DNA from: Tubiluchus corallicola
Taxonomy: Eukaryota > Animalia > Priapulida
DNA length: 64,000 bases
Direction of reading: 5' to 3'
Assembly (NCBI GenBank): GCA_030141605.1
Contig: JAQGDQ010000038.1
Coordinates: 186,001 to 250,000 of the forward strand
The first letter of the stretch is position 1; each line of letters starts with the position of its first letter. This document shows, piece by piece, positions 40,241 to 54,900 of this stretch. The notes under the pieces were generated by a model. The model had not been told where the DNA came from and ran no database searches. It saw nothing but the letters and a program-made list of their open reading frames with translations. The translations under genes were made by a program, and so were the position numbers.

Positions 40241-41517
40241 ACTAATGTTTTCAGCCAACTTTGCATTAATCTGTTTGTCTAAGAAACATCTAAACACTAA
40301 ATCACTGGCATTTTACCACGAGAGCACTGCCATGTTAATGACATTTTAGCTAGCGCATACTAGATTTAAACCATTCTATTTGCTGGTGCACTAAATGAGC
40401 TAGCTGTTTTGAATAATCAAAATACCAAAAAAAACGCAAAATACAAATTTGATTAAAATGTGTGCAGTTAATATTTCAATATTTTTGAACAAAATTCAAC
40501 AAGGCGGTTGTTAGATGCTCTGTTGTATTCACTTCTTAAGATGCGATTGGATACAATTGCTTATCAGCCACGCGGCTTATGTGTACTAACAGCATAATAG
40601 CTGAAAAATAAAAGCAGTGTTGTCTACAAAAAGATGCTTAGAATACTTGTCTGAGTTTGAGCTGTGAGCATCAGATTCTGCTTTATAGTAGACCTTGAAA
40701 TCAGCTTCGCCGACTTGAATAACTATGAGTCATTTAGTAAAATCATTTTTCCAAACAAGTCTATTTGAAAAAATTTGCTAATTTACTACAAAATTTACGC
40801 TGTCATTTTTTTATTCTATTTTCAGATATTTTTTGCGGCTTTCATCTTGGATGTATTTCGTTTTTATTTAAGATCTTTTTATCTCTTTGGTTGGCCTTAA
40901 CCTGTTTTCATTCTGAATATATCATATGAAAAACCTATTGCATTAGCCATCCAAGTTGTTTTTGGTTTGCCAGGTAGTCTTGTGCAAGGCTTTTAAAGCG
41001 ATTCTTACAACAGTAATTAAGCAAAAAACTAACCACGTTGACGTAGCCGAGAATACGGCAACTCTTCCTCACCCTTCGTTCAGGCCAAAGTGTACAAAGA
41101 GGAAGAACGAAATTCGTTACGTATTTCGTTTTTGCGATTAGCGGCTATGCTGGCGGCATCAAACGGCGAATCAGTAAAAAATTTTGAACGGCCCATTGAC
41201 TGTAATAATAATATTCTTAAGTTCACCAATAATGTTGGCATGCGCGCAGTTCGATAAGCCAAAATCACTTTTGCGTTTTTAATAAAAGAAGTATATCTCA
41301 ATTAAAAGCAATTATTACTTTAAAAAACTGAAAAAATTTCATGAAAAGGAAAAAACTGTAGCAGTAAGTTTATATTATGTACTTGCAAATACTACTTCTT
41401 ATAAGTAAAATTTTATTGTTTTTCCTGAGGAAAGAGGTTAGCTAATGGGCTGCCTACTATGTGAAAAAGCAATGCATTTTTCTTTGATTTATTGATTTTT
41501 CTCGCCTTCCCTTTCTT

Positions 41518-41582
41518 AGAGAGAAAGAGAAGGATGGAGAGAGAGAGAGAGAGCGAGAAAGAGAGAGAGGGGAGAGAGAGAG

Positions 41583-41627
<45 letters not shown>

Positions 41628-41675
41628 CAGTGAAAGACAGTGAAAGAGGAGAGAGAGAGAGAGAGAGAAAGAGAG
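41518..41675. repeat. Imperfect (GA)n microsatellite
   Basis: Long GA runs with interruptions; explains the ERER ORF at 41492. Confidence 0.97.
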
Positions 41676-42870
41676 ATCCCGTTAACTAATGATTAGTATA
41701 AGCCTCTTACCTATTTTGTGCCTATGTGTAATAAGGAAGAGCAAATCCTGTTTATCTTGTTCAGCGATTACTGCAAGTCCAAATCGCAGACCGCTTCAAA
41801 AAATGAGCCATTATTCATCTTTCTCCATGTACAGTAACTTAAAGCATGTCACAAGCTAGACTTGTGCAAAAAATCCGAGATTCCTCAAACTAACTCTCGG
41901 GTCTCTCCACAACAATAATTTTATTTGTCCATTGTTGACTATTATTTCACTACCTCGTGCATCCAGCAATTTAATGTTATTAAAAGTAAGAGTCGCCGAC
42001 TGTCTAAACGTCTCGTATATTTAAACCCACAAAAATAACCAATTTCTGTTATATCATTAAATTTCACTGCACCTCAAACTGGTCAGATAGGTACTAAACA
42101 GGTGGGTAGCTTAAAAATGAAAAGGCCATCTAGTCAAAAATTAGAAGATTGTAGAAGCAAAACAACAGCAGATGAAACAATTAAAAAATTAATGATTTGA
42201 CAGTTTAAGGTACTTCCTTGATTTTCGAGGCATACTTTGAAATTCTTGATTGGCAAATTTTAAGGTGTAGTAGACACGAACTTTGACGAAGAGTTCCACA
42301 AGGTGGCGCACAGTATCGTTGCAGAGTTTCATGTTTTGACATGTGACATTGAACATTATTTTTCCTTAATGACATGAGACACATTCTGTACAGTACAGTA
42401 TTGGTCAAATGTAGCTCTAAATTGATTTTCTGCCAGACTAAACCACGTTATGAAGTTGTCAGTCGGCACACGCAATCGCGTGCCATCACCTTGAAAAGAC
42501 TTCAGTGAGTTGTATAAATTTTCATTTTCACGTATCTTGGACTCGTCTTGTATATCCCGGAGAGAGCATAAATCACAGCCACGGATATATTTTTTATCTA
42601 ATGCGTGTATTATATACCCAGCTACATAATTTCTGCCATTACTGTCAAGCAGACCTAAATTATTTTCACCCGGTAATGGGTCTACTCTGTAGCGGATAGC
42701 CCTATAGGCTGAAGCCTAAGGCCCGGGATCAAAAGGGGCCCGGCAAAATAAAACGAAAAAAAAATTTTTTTGTAAAAAAAATAAATTGAGAAAAGAGCAA
42801 GGGGCCCGCCAAAATAAAATATAGAAAAAAGTTTTTTTTTTCAAAAGTCAGTCACTATATTTCAAATCGG

Positions 42871-42960
42871 GTTTACACAAATCAAGTTTACACAATTTAA
42901 GTTTACACAATTCAAGTTTACACAATTTAAGTTTACACAATTCACGTTTACACAGTTTAA
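42871..42960. repeat. Minisatellite, 6 x 15 bp, consensus GTTTACACAATTYAA
   Basis: Six consecutive units, alternating C/T at unit position 13. Confidence 0.95.
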
Positions 42961-43185
42961 GTATAAGTATAAGAAATTAGTAAGAAACTAAAGTCACTTT
43001 CAGAGTTTCTGATTGGCTTATTTTAGTTGACATCTAACCCAGAAACTCACCAAGCTGTAATCGTGTTTATATAGTCCTAGTCCACAACTCAAGGATCAAG
43101 AAGATATCATTTTTATCACAATCGGTGGGCAAAAACTCACAAAATTAAACAAACTTACAAACGACGAGAGCTCCACAAAAACACG

Positions 43186-44875
43186 TCAGCTCAGCAGTGT
43201 AGCAACATTTAAAAGGCCCGTTCCAAGCTCAAGCCTAAGGCCCATAAAATCATAATCCGCCGCTGGGTCTACTGATTCAATTTCAAAATCACAGTTGTCA
43301 AATGTCACATTAGTAAGAGGAGTTGAGGCCCTTGAGTTGGACGTACTAGGTCTAAGTTCATCAAGAGTTAATAATAAGTGTGCCAAGTTGTCTGTTGTGC
43401 AATTACCCGTTTCTGGTGGCCTTAAAAGCTTGTTTATCGCCACTTGCTTATAACTATCCATGAATTCTGAGGGACTGGTATTATCAGCCCATCCCCTCTT
43501 CTGCCTGATTTTAGCAAAAAAATGTTCCAGTCCGTCCTGGTTTAGGCGACGTGTTATCAGGTATTTGAAGCCTATACTCTGCAGATCTTTCCAGAATAAT
43601 TTCAGTGCTTCGATGTTATTCAGCCATTCGCACTTGCAAACTATATAGTTTGTCATGTCTTTTATTTCGACACCTTCAGTTTTAAAAAATTTGCAACTCT
43701 GAACAAAGGGTGTTAGCTGTTCGAGAGTTTCAAGATGGGGAGAGTTGGGTGACAACGGCAGGCGCATAGACTTTTCAGCTTTTGCTTTATACCCAGGCGT
43801 ATGAGCTGAGCTATTGAATATATCAAAGAGTTGATCTACTAAGTTGCAAAACCATGCTGTGCCCATTGCTTCCACGGGCAATGCCTTGAACTTCACTTGC
43901 GTTTCAATGCCTGCCGCCACTGATCGACTCAGCACTTGGGCTGCATATTTAACTTTCATACTAGAAAATGCTGGCAAGTCCACGCGTATTTGCATTAGCC
44001 TGTGTGCTAAGCGAAATGTTTGTTGTTGATCTGCATCAAAAAAGTCGCTAATAAAACACCACTGTGCCTCCATAGGCTTATTCACAGCTCGAAATATAAC
44101 TTTGGACTTTTTCAAAGCATTTACGAAGGCATTTCAAAAGGTGAGGTGGATCATACAATACGTAGACCTTAGCCTGATCAGACATGAAAAAGTATGGCCT
44201 GTCTGGCGATACCCCAAGGCCTTTCATTGTTGATACAAAGTTGGGGCCTTGACCACAGGTGACACATTTTACCATGAACCCTGACTCTTTTAAATTATCT
44301 ATTACTTTGTAGAGAAAGCTATTCATCCGTTTTGGTTCAACTGCTGACGCACTGAACATATACCCTATAGGCTGCGACCACCGTGAAGCAATTCCCTGAA
44401 CCATTACACTGCCCACCAATGTTGCCACTTTATTCGTCCTCATGTTCTCACCATAATCTTCTACTCCTTCCACAATGTCCCTACTTTTTGAATAAGCTAA
44501 ATTTGCCTGTAGTGACATTTCATCAAAGCATACTGACTACTTTGTCACGACCTAGCATTTTCTCGGCCCGTAGTTTAAGAGCGGACATAACATTGGCGTT
44601 TATTCCTGGCCAAAGTTCTATGTCACTGAGCCACTTCTGAAGTGATCTGACGGTTGGGAGGCACAGCATTGACCTTAGAAATCTGTAGCACTTGGCACTG
44701 GCATAGTAAATTTACAATGCCAACAGCTTGTCTTTGTTTTCCCACCTGTATCCTTTTTTTGCTCTATGGACTATGATTCATTTCAATTTGCGACATTACA
44801 AATGTCAAAGCTGGTCCATCCAGATATTTTGAAATAAGTTGAGTAATATTCTGTTCAACCTGGCTTGAATTGAAT
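43186..44875 (-). mobile_element. P-element superfamily (THAP9-like) transposase, frameshifted and inactive
   Basis: YRFLRSMLCLPTVRSL, FDEMSL, WSQPIGY, TCGQGPNF (usually CDQG), YDPPHLLKCLR, MKVKYAAQVLSRSVA, DQLFDIFNS, YLITRRLNQDGLEHFFAKIR. Several frameshifts; no THAP domain or P-type TIRs found. Confidence 0.92.
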
Positions 44876-45951
44876 TCCAACTTAATAAACTCGTTCGAGT
44901 TTGATGCTCAGCCCTAATCCATGCCTATATCCATAGATAATAATTGCTGCAAGTCTATGACTACAATAATCAGTATGCAGATAATGCAGCAAAAACACAT
45001 TTTTGCTTATCATTTGGTTAAACTAATAGCTTGTTCTTTGTTTAAAAATGATCAAAATTTAATTTTAGTGCAATTCGTAAATACTAATTGTCATTGAAAA
45101 AAGCTGTGTTATTTTGCTGCACAACATGGCAACACCACACATTTTAAATTTTAAGCAGTGAAATGACACAAAGTTAAAAAATATAAATAATAGTAAGTAA
45201 TTTTAAAATTCATTAGATTTAATTAGCAATGAATTATTCTTTTTTAACATTTATATTCACCATTCATAAATGCAGATGAACCATCACTTTCAAGCACAAA
45301 CAAGATTATAAATTATGCTAAGATGAAATGCACAACTACAAATGTGGTACTAAGGACAATTAATAATTCGTACTGTAAGCCCTGCCCTGAGTCCTTGACC
45401 TGCCTTATTTCAGGTAATTTATACAAAAAATAGCAGTCTTTTATAACAATTCATTTATTACATTTACACTTGCAATAATTATGGAGCACACTTTAATAAA
45501 TAGAAGATTGGATGTGTTGACAAACCTACATTTCTAGTTTGGCTACTGATACAAACAAGTAAAATTTAGTGGTTTATATATCTTGTTCCTGCTCAAAGTT
45601 CAGTATGACATGGCTGTTAATGTTAGGACAAAAACAAAATGCATCTAATAACACACCAGTCATACATTCAAGTGAAAAACTGCTACCTATAGATAAATAT
45701 GTTCGTTTCCCATCTTGCATACTATTACAAAATTTTTGTTAATAAAAACCAGTAATCACTTTGTTAATAAAAACCAGTAATACCAATAAAACAAGGACAT
45801 CAATAAAAAGGGCATTTCATTTTATGCATTTAGCATAATATCATAAATCATTGTGGCTAAAATTTCATCATAGCAAAATTTAATATTTGTACAATCCATC
45901 ATTGCAAAACCTAAAATTATATGGAATTTCCAAAATATCACGCTGTGTTTT

Positions 45952-48900
45952 TCACAATATAATTTGATTTTTGAAGCTTACGCTCAAGTCTTTATGAGGT
46001 AAAACTATCGTATTAAGAATGATGACTTCCGGCGGCACCTGTACATTGCAACCTGTTAATAAATACGATATCATAAAATTACTTAAAGTTTTAAAAATAG
46101 TACAATACTAGGCAATTACAAGCACTTTCAGCAAATAAAAATTTGAGTACTTCATAAACGAGAAAGAGTTCATATAAAATACGAAACAAATTATTGCTTC
46201 CTGATTATGCAAGAATAGTATACATTTAAAACTACTGAAATATCTGCAGACTTAAAATTTCTTTTTTAAGAGGTAGAATATGGAGCTACAAAATGAAGCA
46301 AAAAAGCTGTTATAAAAAACCGACTAGAATGTAACAGTTGGATACCTAAAAATTAATCAGCACTGTGCACTGTCTGTCAAGAATTTTGCTGCAATAGAGG
46401 ACACCACAGCAAAGAGTACACGTCTCAAAATGAATATATGTACCCATAGTTTACATCTACAGTCGTTTTTGAAAGTCGAACAACTATAATGCACCCTATT
46501 ATCAAAAACAGTGAAAACGGTCTGAATTTTCATCCACTAACCTGGAGATTGTAGTCTGCCGTGAGTGGCCTCTTATGATGAATGAATTCAATTATTCAAC
46601 TTGAGTTCAACTTAATTCATTGCAAATATTCAACTAGTACGATACTAAACGTACTGTGCATTAGTTATCAAAGATCAAATTTGCAACCCATCCCAAGCGT
46701 AGTCTCACACACAAATGCCAAAGTACTTATAATGCAAATTGCCTGGTTAAGAACTTTACCTCAAAAATTGTCCAGAAATGCTTTCAGTCATATTACTGGC
46801 AATGATCATGATAATGCATTAAATTCAATTAGCATTACTACGACTGCCAAGACAAATTATGCATGGATAAAAGCGGCACTATGATACAGTAACATGCACA
46901 CACAAAAGAAGAATAAACACACACACACATACCCACATGCCATACTTGTCACAGAGAATCCCTATAAAAACATTGAAATGGCTGGTTTCTAACAGCTGTG
47001 CTTTTTTGTGAATTACATTTACCAGGTATATCATACTTTGCACATTTCCTATCAAAGGTCATTTTCACTCCCTTTAAAAACTTTACCATCAGAATGTCAA
47101 AACTGTAAAAATTATACAGGATCACTTCGAATGTCCTGACTGGCGACCCTTCAAATGGCTTCCTTCAGATTCTCATATGATTCTGGATTATGCAAATTTC
47201 CAGAACAAGAACAATAACAGTAATGCAGACCTGCGTCTCATGACACTCAAAAAATGCAAAACACATTTAGTAAAAAAGTACTAATAGTAAACGGCAATGC
47301 AAGTAGATGTTCGAAAGTTCAAAAGTCAAGCTATAATACGATACCTAATATTGTGATGGATGGGTTCAATTTGCCTTCGTGGTTAAACAGTGACACAGAC
47401 TGTAATTTTGCAAATGGTTTATTAGGATTAGGATCACAAGGTGTTCCCTCTACTCTGCTCCATTCACCAACTGTACTATTCCACCCCACTATAGCATACA
47501 AAATACAGCAATGGTCCTGAAACAGCAAAATCCAGGTTAAAGGCCATTAATGTAATGACACCATTTTATAAAAGCCAGTTTAGCAAGTACTTCTGAGTAT
47601 ATTATTGTTTTCGAAAATAGTAAATTGAAACAATAAAAAAGGAAACTTTTGCATTAAGTTTAGCATTCACATTATAGTTTGGTTCATACAAATTTTATAA
47701 TATGTACTTTCTAGTCTGTTGTTCTGAGGGTGATTTGGTAAAATCTGAAGTAATGATAATTGGGAAAAACGAATTGAGATGGTTATTCTTACCAGTTACA
47801 AATTGCCAAAGTCTAACAAAAGCAGACCAATATATGAATATAATGCAGTTATGTCGGCTAATTATAGTTGCCCAAGGAAATGGGCAACCACAGAGTTATC
47901 GGTCCCGTCTGCATATCCATCTACTTTTTTCGGCCCTCCAGTATTACCCCAATGCCTCAGTGAAATGGACAACTATAGAATTATCAGTTCAATATGCCTG
48001 TCAATCTGTCACCACTTTTTTAGGCCCTGAATTAATCTAGCAAATTGATATCTCGCAGAGGTAGGACATCGTTCAAGATCAGAAGCCTACTTATCTTTGG
48101 ATCAATCGGTACTATTTTTTACAGTTTTTTAAAGATCCACGCATACTAACTATAAGCTGTAATATGCTTGCACAGCGCACCAAGATACCTGTGCAGATGG
48201 GCGATCAATAAACACTAGTGATGGTCAAATGAATGACATATTAGCAGGGATATCAGGTATGAACAATTAGTAACACATTTTAAACGGGCACACATTTTGA
48301 CGGTGGTGTGCCCTTGAGTTCTGTCTGTATTTGGATTTTTTATGTTGGTAAAAGTTTTCAAACAGACTTAACATAATTTAAGTGAAAATTACAGTGGGTA
48401 TCTATGGAGAACATACATTTTTGCAAGTGGTTCTCCACAGCTTTCAAGTATTTCTGTATCTGAATTTAGATACGTTTAAAGCTAAAAAATTAACCGTACA
48501 GTTCTGTCTGTATGGAATTCTAACATCAACCACCGGATGCTCTATATGACGGTAGCTACTTTTTTACAGAAATTTAGCATCACTGTAAATGCCAATGCAA
48601 AAAATAGATTTTTGCAGTGGTCACTGAGTATGTCGAATTCATCGAGGCAACTATACCCTTTTATTGAAGGCTCCTTAGTTATTTTCATAGCACTTCCAGA
48701 GTGTACAAACATGTGGTTAAAATTAAGTAAACAAGGATATAATGTATAATTCAAAAAACAAAAAATGCAATTTTTTATAAAAAGGAAAACTCGCGACAAT
48801 TCAAACCTGCAATGTGGCTTGCTCTAAAATAATTGATTCTCTGACTCTGACACCAGCACCTATATTCACTCCAGGTCCAATAGAGACATTAGGTCCGATC

Positions 48901-51900
48901 TAAAAATGAAAAAAGGTTTAAAAAAGAGAATCATCATTTATGCCAAAACTCTGCCAGATCTAAAGATAAATGAAGTTTTAAAGAAGAAATAATAAAAATA
49001 AAGTTTTAAAAAAGAGTTTGGATCAAAACTTAATTCTACCATCCTAAAGTAAATGAATTAACTAGCACATACATTTTAGGGATTCAATGAGAGATATCAG
49101 TAACACTAATACTGACTTACCACAGCAGTTGGATGTACAGTAGCAGTTGGGTGGATGTAAACATCATCTATAACTGTTGGTGAGCCGGCACCATTTTGAG
49201 CTAGTCGTTCAGGATGTGTTTTATGATACAACTGCAGGTAGTGACGGTTTGCATATATAGCGGAACTGAAGTGAAGAAATTTTTTAAAGAACAAATACTT
49301 TTTCACAATGAAAAAATAAAATTGTGTAATATAATCTCCGTAAAAATTCAATTATTCAGGGATGAAAATGACAAATTGCAAAAAACCGTGAAACAGGCTG
49401 GGGGTTTGGGGGCCGCCTAGACCCCAATGGGGTTGAGGGGCAAAGCCTCAGAGCCAGCAACAAATTGCAATTTTCTGACCATAGAGAGCCTGTAAGTGGA
49501 CTTAAACTATCAATTACCTTGTTTCATGCATAATTTAAAATACCCAACTATCAAGGATACATGATACATACGACCGTGAAGCTTAAAAAAATTAACAAAT
49601 TTTATTTTGTATATATTTTGTTGCCTATATTTCATAAATTATAAAATTAAACTGGGTTTTATTCAAATTACGCTTTGATATTTCGGTTGTTTGTGTCTGG
49701 AGGCCTCAAAGCAATGAAGACATGCCGCATTGACGTAAAAGGCATTCTACAAATCGTACAGATTATCAAATAAACGATATTTACGCTTTATTTGAACTAT
49801 TTTAGCCAAAATTTTTCAGCGATTTTTAACATCTGGGAGATAAAAGGTAAGCTGGATAAATACCTCAAAAAATGTTCCTGCAAGTTTCGGTTATGATTTC
49901 GACGAAAACAAGGTTCAACCCCAAAAAATTTTCTCAACGAATTTACACGATTTACAAAAATGGCACTACTGGTCTTCCAAAAACTCGGAATTCCGCATAT
50001 CCGCGGAAAATTCTCATCCCTGATTATTATGACAACAGAAAAGTTTTTTAGTAGATGCGTTTTGCAATGATGCAAATTACCTCTGCTTTTCAAACATTTA
50101 GGGAGAGCATGTGGAAGCACTGCAGACTCCCTTGCACCTTTACCATACTGGTTACAATGTCTGGCTATCATTATAAATTATCTAAACCATGAGTCATTAG
50201 TAAATTGACAATGTAATGAAGATATTATTTATACAATTAATATTAATAAATAATAAAATAGTTTACACGTCTTTAAAATAAGGAATAATTATGTGATCAA
50301 AGAACAATCAATATAATTATAAACAAAAATTCACCCAGGTGACTTGATTTGACTCCAAAAGTTTGTAGTGAAGAAAGACAACAATTTGCCGTTGCTTGCT
50401 AAATCGGGGAAAACGTCACATTCCAAGCTAATGTTTTCATTGGCTCGAGAGTTTAAAGTATCACCAAATCCACTAAAAATAATAAGCGAGCAGTAGATCA
50501 TGTAAGCATATTTCGTAACTGAACTGTATGTATTCAGTATAAAAACACAATTCACCAACAGGAGATATTTCATATTCTGTCTAACTTTCTGGTACTAATT
50601 TGATTATCATGATAACAGTCAAACATAATACAGTGTTTACAGCCAAAGCCAGAATGTGCTACCAAAGCTGACTAAAATGTTCTTTGCGCATACGCTGTTA
50701 GTATTAGAGAGCAAAGCATAAAGTTCACTTTAAGACAAAACTAATAGAAAGCATCATTACCTGAACGTGAAACAAATCAAAAATATCAACATAAACATAT
50801 CAATTCGACTTAAATGTTAATTACATCTTAATTCCTTATCTGGTTTTTTGTATTTACATGTCTTTAACTTAAAGAAATGAAAACTCTATTCTCTAGGTTA
50901 GATTTACACAACATAAGAGTTTCTTCGAAGACTTTGGATATAGTACCAGTCTCAGATTTGCTGAATTTCACAAAAAAAACTTACAGAGAAAAAATTCCAA
51001 TGTTTTTATTTATTTTAACAACAATAAAGCTTTTCTGAATTTCAGCGATTGGCGAGGATCATGAAAAAGTCGAATGTTGGTATCGCATTAGCAATGCTGT
51101 AGTTCAAGAGTGTTTATTTATAAGGACTAAATGTGGAAATTCTGTTGTTTCCTCTGTTTTAGGTAAAGGATCATGTTAATATTAATCAAACAACTTAGTT
51201 TAACCATCAGTTTACCTCATACCAACTTTATTAAAGCTTATAAAAAAAATTTTATGCGTTGTGATGTTGAAATTTCAACAACGTTTCCAAGCTTAATCAT
51301 GTGGTTATAGTTAAGCGAGTCACTAGTCTGATCTTGTACATGCCTCAGATGGGCAAATGCCAGAATAAAATACAAATAACCCTTGACCTACAACACTAAA
51401 CTGCAAGTGCATATAGCAAAACCCGGGAAAGGCTTACTTTCATGTAATAACACATGTTACCATTAATGAGACTACATTCAAGATTAGCAGAGACAAGATG
51501 TATATATAAACTTGTAGTTTTGAATCAGTTTTCAATTAAACTTTATACACAGTAAAAAACATTTAGCTATCTTGGCTTATGTACATAATATTTTAGTACA
51601 TTTTTTATGCTGACAAATAGATTTCCTTACCCATAGAATGTTTCCTCCTGGTTGTGCTTAAAAACAACAGCAATATCTTGCAAAATGGATGGACTGCACA
51701 GATATATTCCACAGTTAATTGTTGTACTAATAAAGGTTTCTGGTTTTTCTACATAATGTAAGATCGCGTGTGTTTCAGGATTTGTAGCTAGGCAACCATA
51801 ATTCAATGACTCTTGCATTGTTGCCTAAATAAAAAATAGAATTTACGCTTACCACAAAAACACCTATTAAAACAGCCAAACAAATAAATCAAAGCAATGA

Positions 51901-54900
51901 ATAAGTGAACACTTTCAAATACAAATTTGAAAGATTTAAATAAAAAATAATTTAAAAGTTAGTTAATGCTGGTACAAAACAAGTCTGAATAAAAATATTC
52001 AGTAAAAGTTCCATCACTAAATAAAGGCTCTGTTGATGGTAGCAATTGCAATACACAAAGTAGCAATTGTCAGTATTAACTTTGCAAATGGGTTAGACAC
52101 ACCAGATTATCATTACTCTTGCCACACATTCGTTCCAATCAGTGACCTTTATTACCACAAAATTTTAAATTACTGTTACCTCAGTACTCAGTACTGTAGT
52201 TTTAGAAGCATTGGCATACTCTTTGTGAAATTCGTACATTTTAAGTAATGGGAAGTCACCACAAACATCACCATTAATAAGGAAAAAGGCCTCAGGACTT
52301 CCCACTAAAATTTGATCACGGAAGTGATAGATGCCGCCTCCTGTTCCCATTGACGTGTATTCCTGCAAATATCTATTTAAACACAAAAAAATGAGTCATC
52401 AGAAATACTTATAGCAAGAGTTAGCATAAAGAAGTCAGACTTTATTATACTGCTTTTAGATAATATTCAGTTCCATATACAACGTTAATAGGGGAAGCGA
52501 GGGAACAATTACACTTTGAATCGCTTCCAGCCTACTTTCGTTTCTAAACCCAACACTTGGAATGTCCACATGAACATAACCTGTCCACAAAGGTCTATGA
52601 AAAAGCTCTACCAAAAATCTAAAAGAAAATTTAATCTTATTCCCTACTTATATGAGTTTTTGAGTTTTTTTAAGCTTCTCACTTTCTAGACTCTTGGCCT
52701 GTGTTTCCAGGTAACAGGTTTCATTATGCTCCGACTCTTAACTGTCAAAAAGAACAAATTGTTTAGAAGAAAAGAGATTTCATTGCAAAACCCGCTCTTA
52801 ATATTTTATTTTCAGTCATTTGCACTTACCTAACTTGAATTTTAAATTCAGATTGCGCTGAAGCAAGGAAACGAGACAGAGCTTCACTTGGCTGATAAAA
52901 GCCAATCAGTAGAATTTCTCTCAACTGTGAAACCTGAAAAGAGTAGAACGTTTGGCACAATGCATATATCTACGTGTACAGTCGAATACCGGTGATATGG
53001 TTTTCATGGGACCAAAACATTTTTCGTATTAAGCATGTTTCGTACTATCCACGACGCACATTTTTGTTAACTCCTAAATCCTAATATATTATTTCTAATA
53101 TAAAATAGCAATAAACGGACGCCCGGTCTGTATATAAGTTTTTTTATCAGTGAAGATAAAAAAAATTAAGCTTGTTTAACCGTCGCTTCCCACAAGTACA
53201 ACTACAAAATTACAAGCCTGCAAGAGAGATGGTTAGTGGTGCCAGAGAGTAGAGGCTTGCTGTACGTGAGTTTTTGCTGCTTTGATACTATAACTGAATA
53301 CAGTAAGTCTATGCTTAACTCCCTGTTTTAACGAAGCTAAACATTTGAGAACTTCTTTCACTTAACGATGCACAGTTTCGTTTTAACGACGATTTTTTTT
53401 ACTTTGCTCAAACAAACCAATTTTCATTTTATCAGCAACGTTTTTACCTAGTTTGATGCACCAAAAACAGTAAATAATGCGTTATTCTGTTCAAAAAACA
53501 CACTCGTAACTTAAACAATGCAATTATTGTACGAGTATATGTTTTTGCTTCCCACTGACCGCTAAATGCAACTGTATATATTAAGCGAGGCAGGGGAGCA
53601 AGCTTTATGCGAAGGAATTTTTCCTGTAACCGGCTACTATAGTGACCAGACCAAGTATCTAGATAAAATTCCCAAGGTCGCCCCAGGGCTTGGCTTTGAC
53701 TCTGCTGCAGTGTTTATTATTTAACTGCTGCCTACACTTAAACGTTAACAAAAGAGAAACCGCTAAGTGGGTAAGTAACATATTTAGGTGGCTTCAAGCA
53801 AGCAGAAAGAAATTAATCAGTAGAAACATGAGTAAAACTCAAAAAAACAATTAATTTATATGATTCAAGCAGCATTTTTGACTTTTGACTCTGGAACATT
53901 TCTCAGTTCTCTTACATTGCTTTCTATGGAAATCTTGGCTTCGTTTAGCAATGTTTTACTTAACGTCGCATTTTGCTGTAATGCATTAGTGTCATTAAGA
54001 GAGGACTTATTGTACCTCTACACAGTAGGCAGTAACAAAAACAGGTGATATAAATATAATGGCAAATTTTTATTGGAGTGGGAATCCCAAGGCTTTTCGG
54101 AAATCAATAATCTGACTGTGTAGCTTTTAAATCTATGCAACTGATCGATTAAGTCAGCAGTGGGCGTAACTATGAAACTGTACATACATGCATTACGTAA
54201 AAATCAACTGAGCCATGGTCACCGATGGCAATGGGTGAAGAGTGTCTAAACGAGAGTGGGTAGAGCAGCAATTGAATTCCAAGGGTTTCTTTATATTAAA
54301 CTCACGTTGGCGGGGCTTTTGGGAAAACGTCGTGCAAAATGGGATTTCGTAGTAAGGAGTTTCATATTAACCAGTTATATAAGTGATTGCATAGATTTTG
54401 TTAGAACCCTGGCAGAGGCATAACAAAATCATCATACTACTGAGTTTCATTATAAGCGGAATCGTATTATTGGGACTCAATTGGATCTTGATAATATAAA
54501 AAATTTTGGCACTGCACATAAACAGTTACCTTCTAGTTGCCACAAAAACAGTATAACAAAATCAATACTGCTGTATATACTCTAGCTTGCGTAACTTAGA
54601 TATAAACCATAAACCACAAATTTGCAAATCAACAAAACTGCCGAGTAAATCCTGAAAAAAAACACAAACATATACGTACGTTATATTCAAACACGCTATA
54701 TGCATGCACACACACACGCACGCACGCACACGCACACATTTATCAATTTATATAAATTACATCATGATTACCTAGACTAATGATGTAATCAAATGAGAAA
54801 ATGTTATGTTTTACAACTTGCACTTAAAAGCAAAAATTTTAAAATTGTACAAAAACAACATACCTTTGAGCAAGCCTCAATGTGATGGTATATCATAGGA

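Noticed and set aside
41492-41689. ER-rich ORF
   Set aside because: Translation of a GA microsatellite.
42871-42960. CRISPR-like array
   Set aside because: Contiguous tandem units with no unique spacers, no cas genes, eukaryotic context.
43186-44115. Domesticated THAP9-like host gene
   Set aside because: Frameshifts, an altered catalytic-motif aspartate and truncation indicate a dead transposon.
45737-45782. Duplicated AATAAA as tandem poly(A) signals
   Set aside because: They are on the plus strand while GMPPA is on minus; a simple short tandem duplication.
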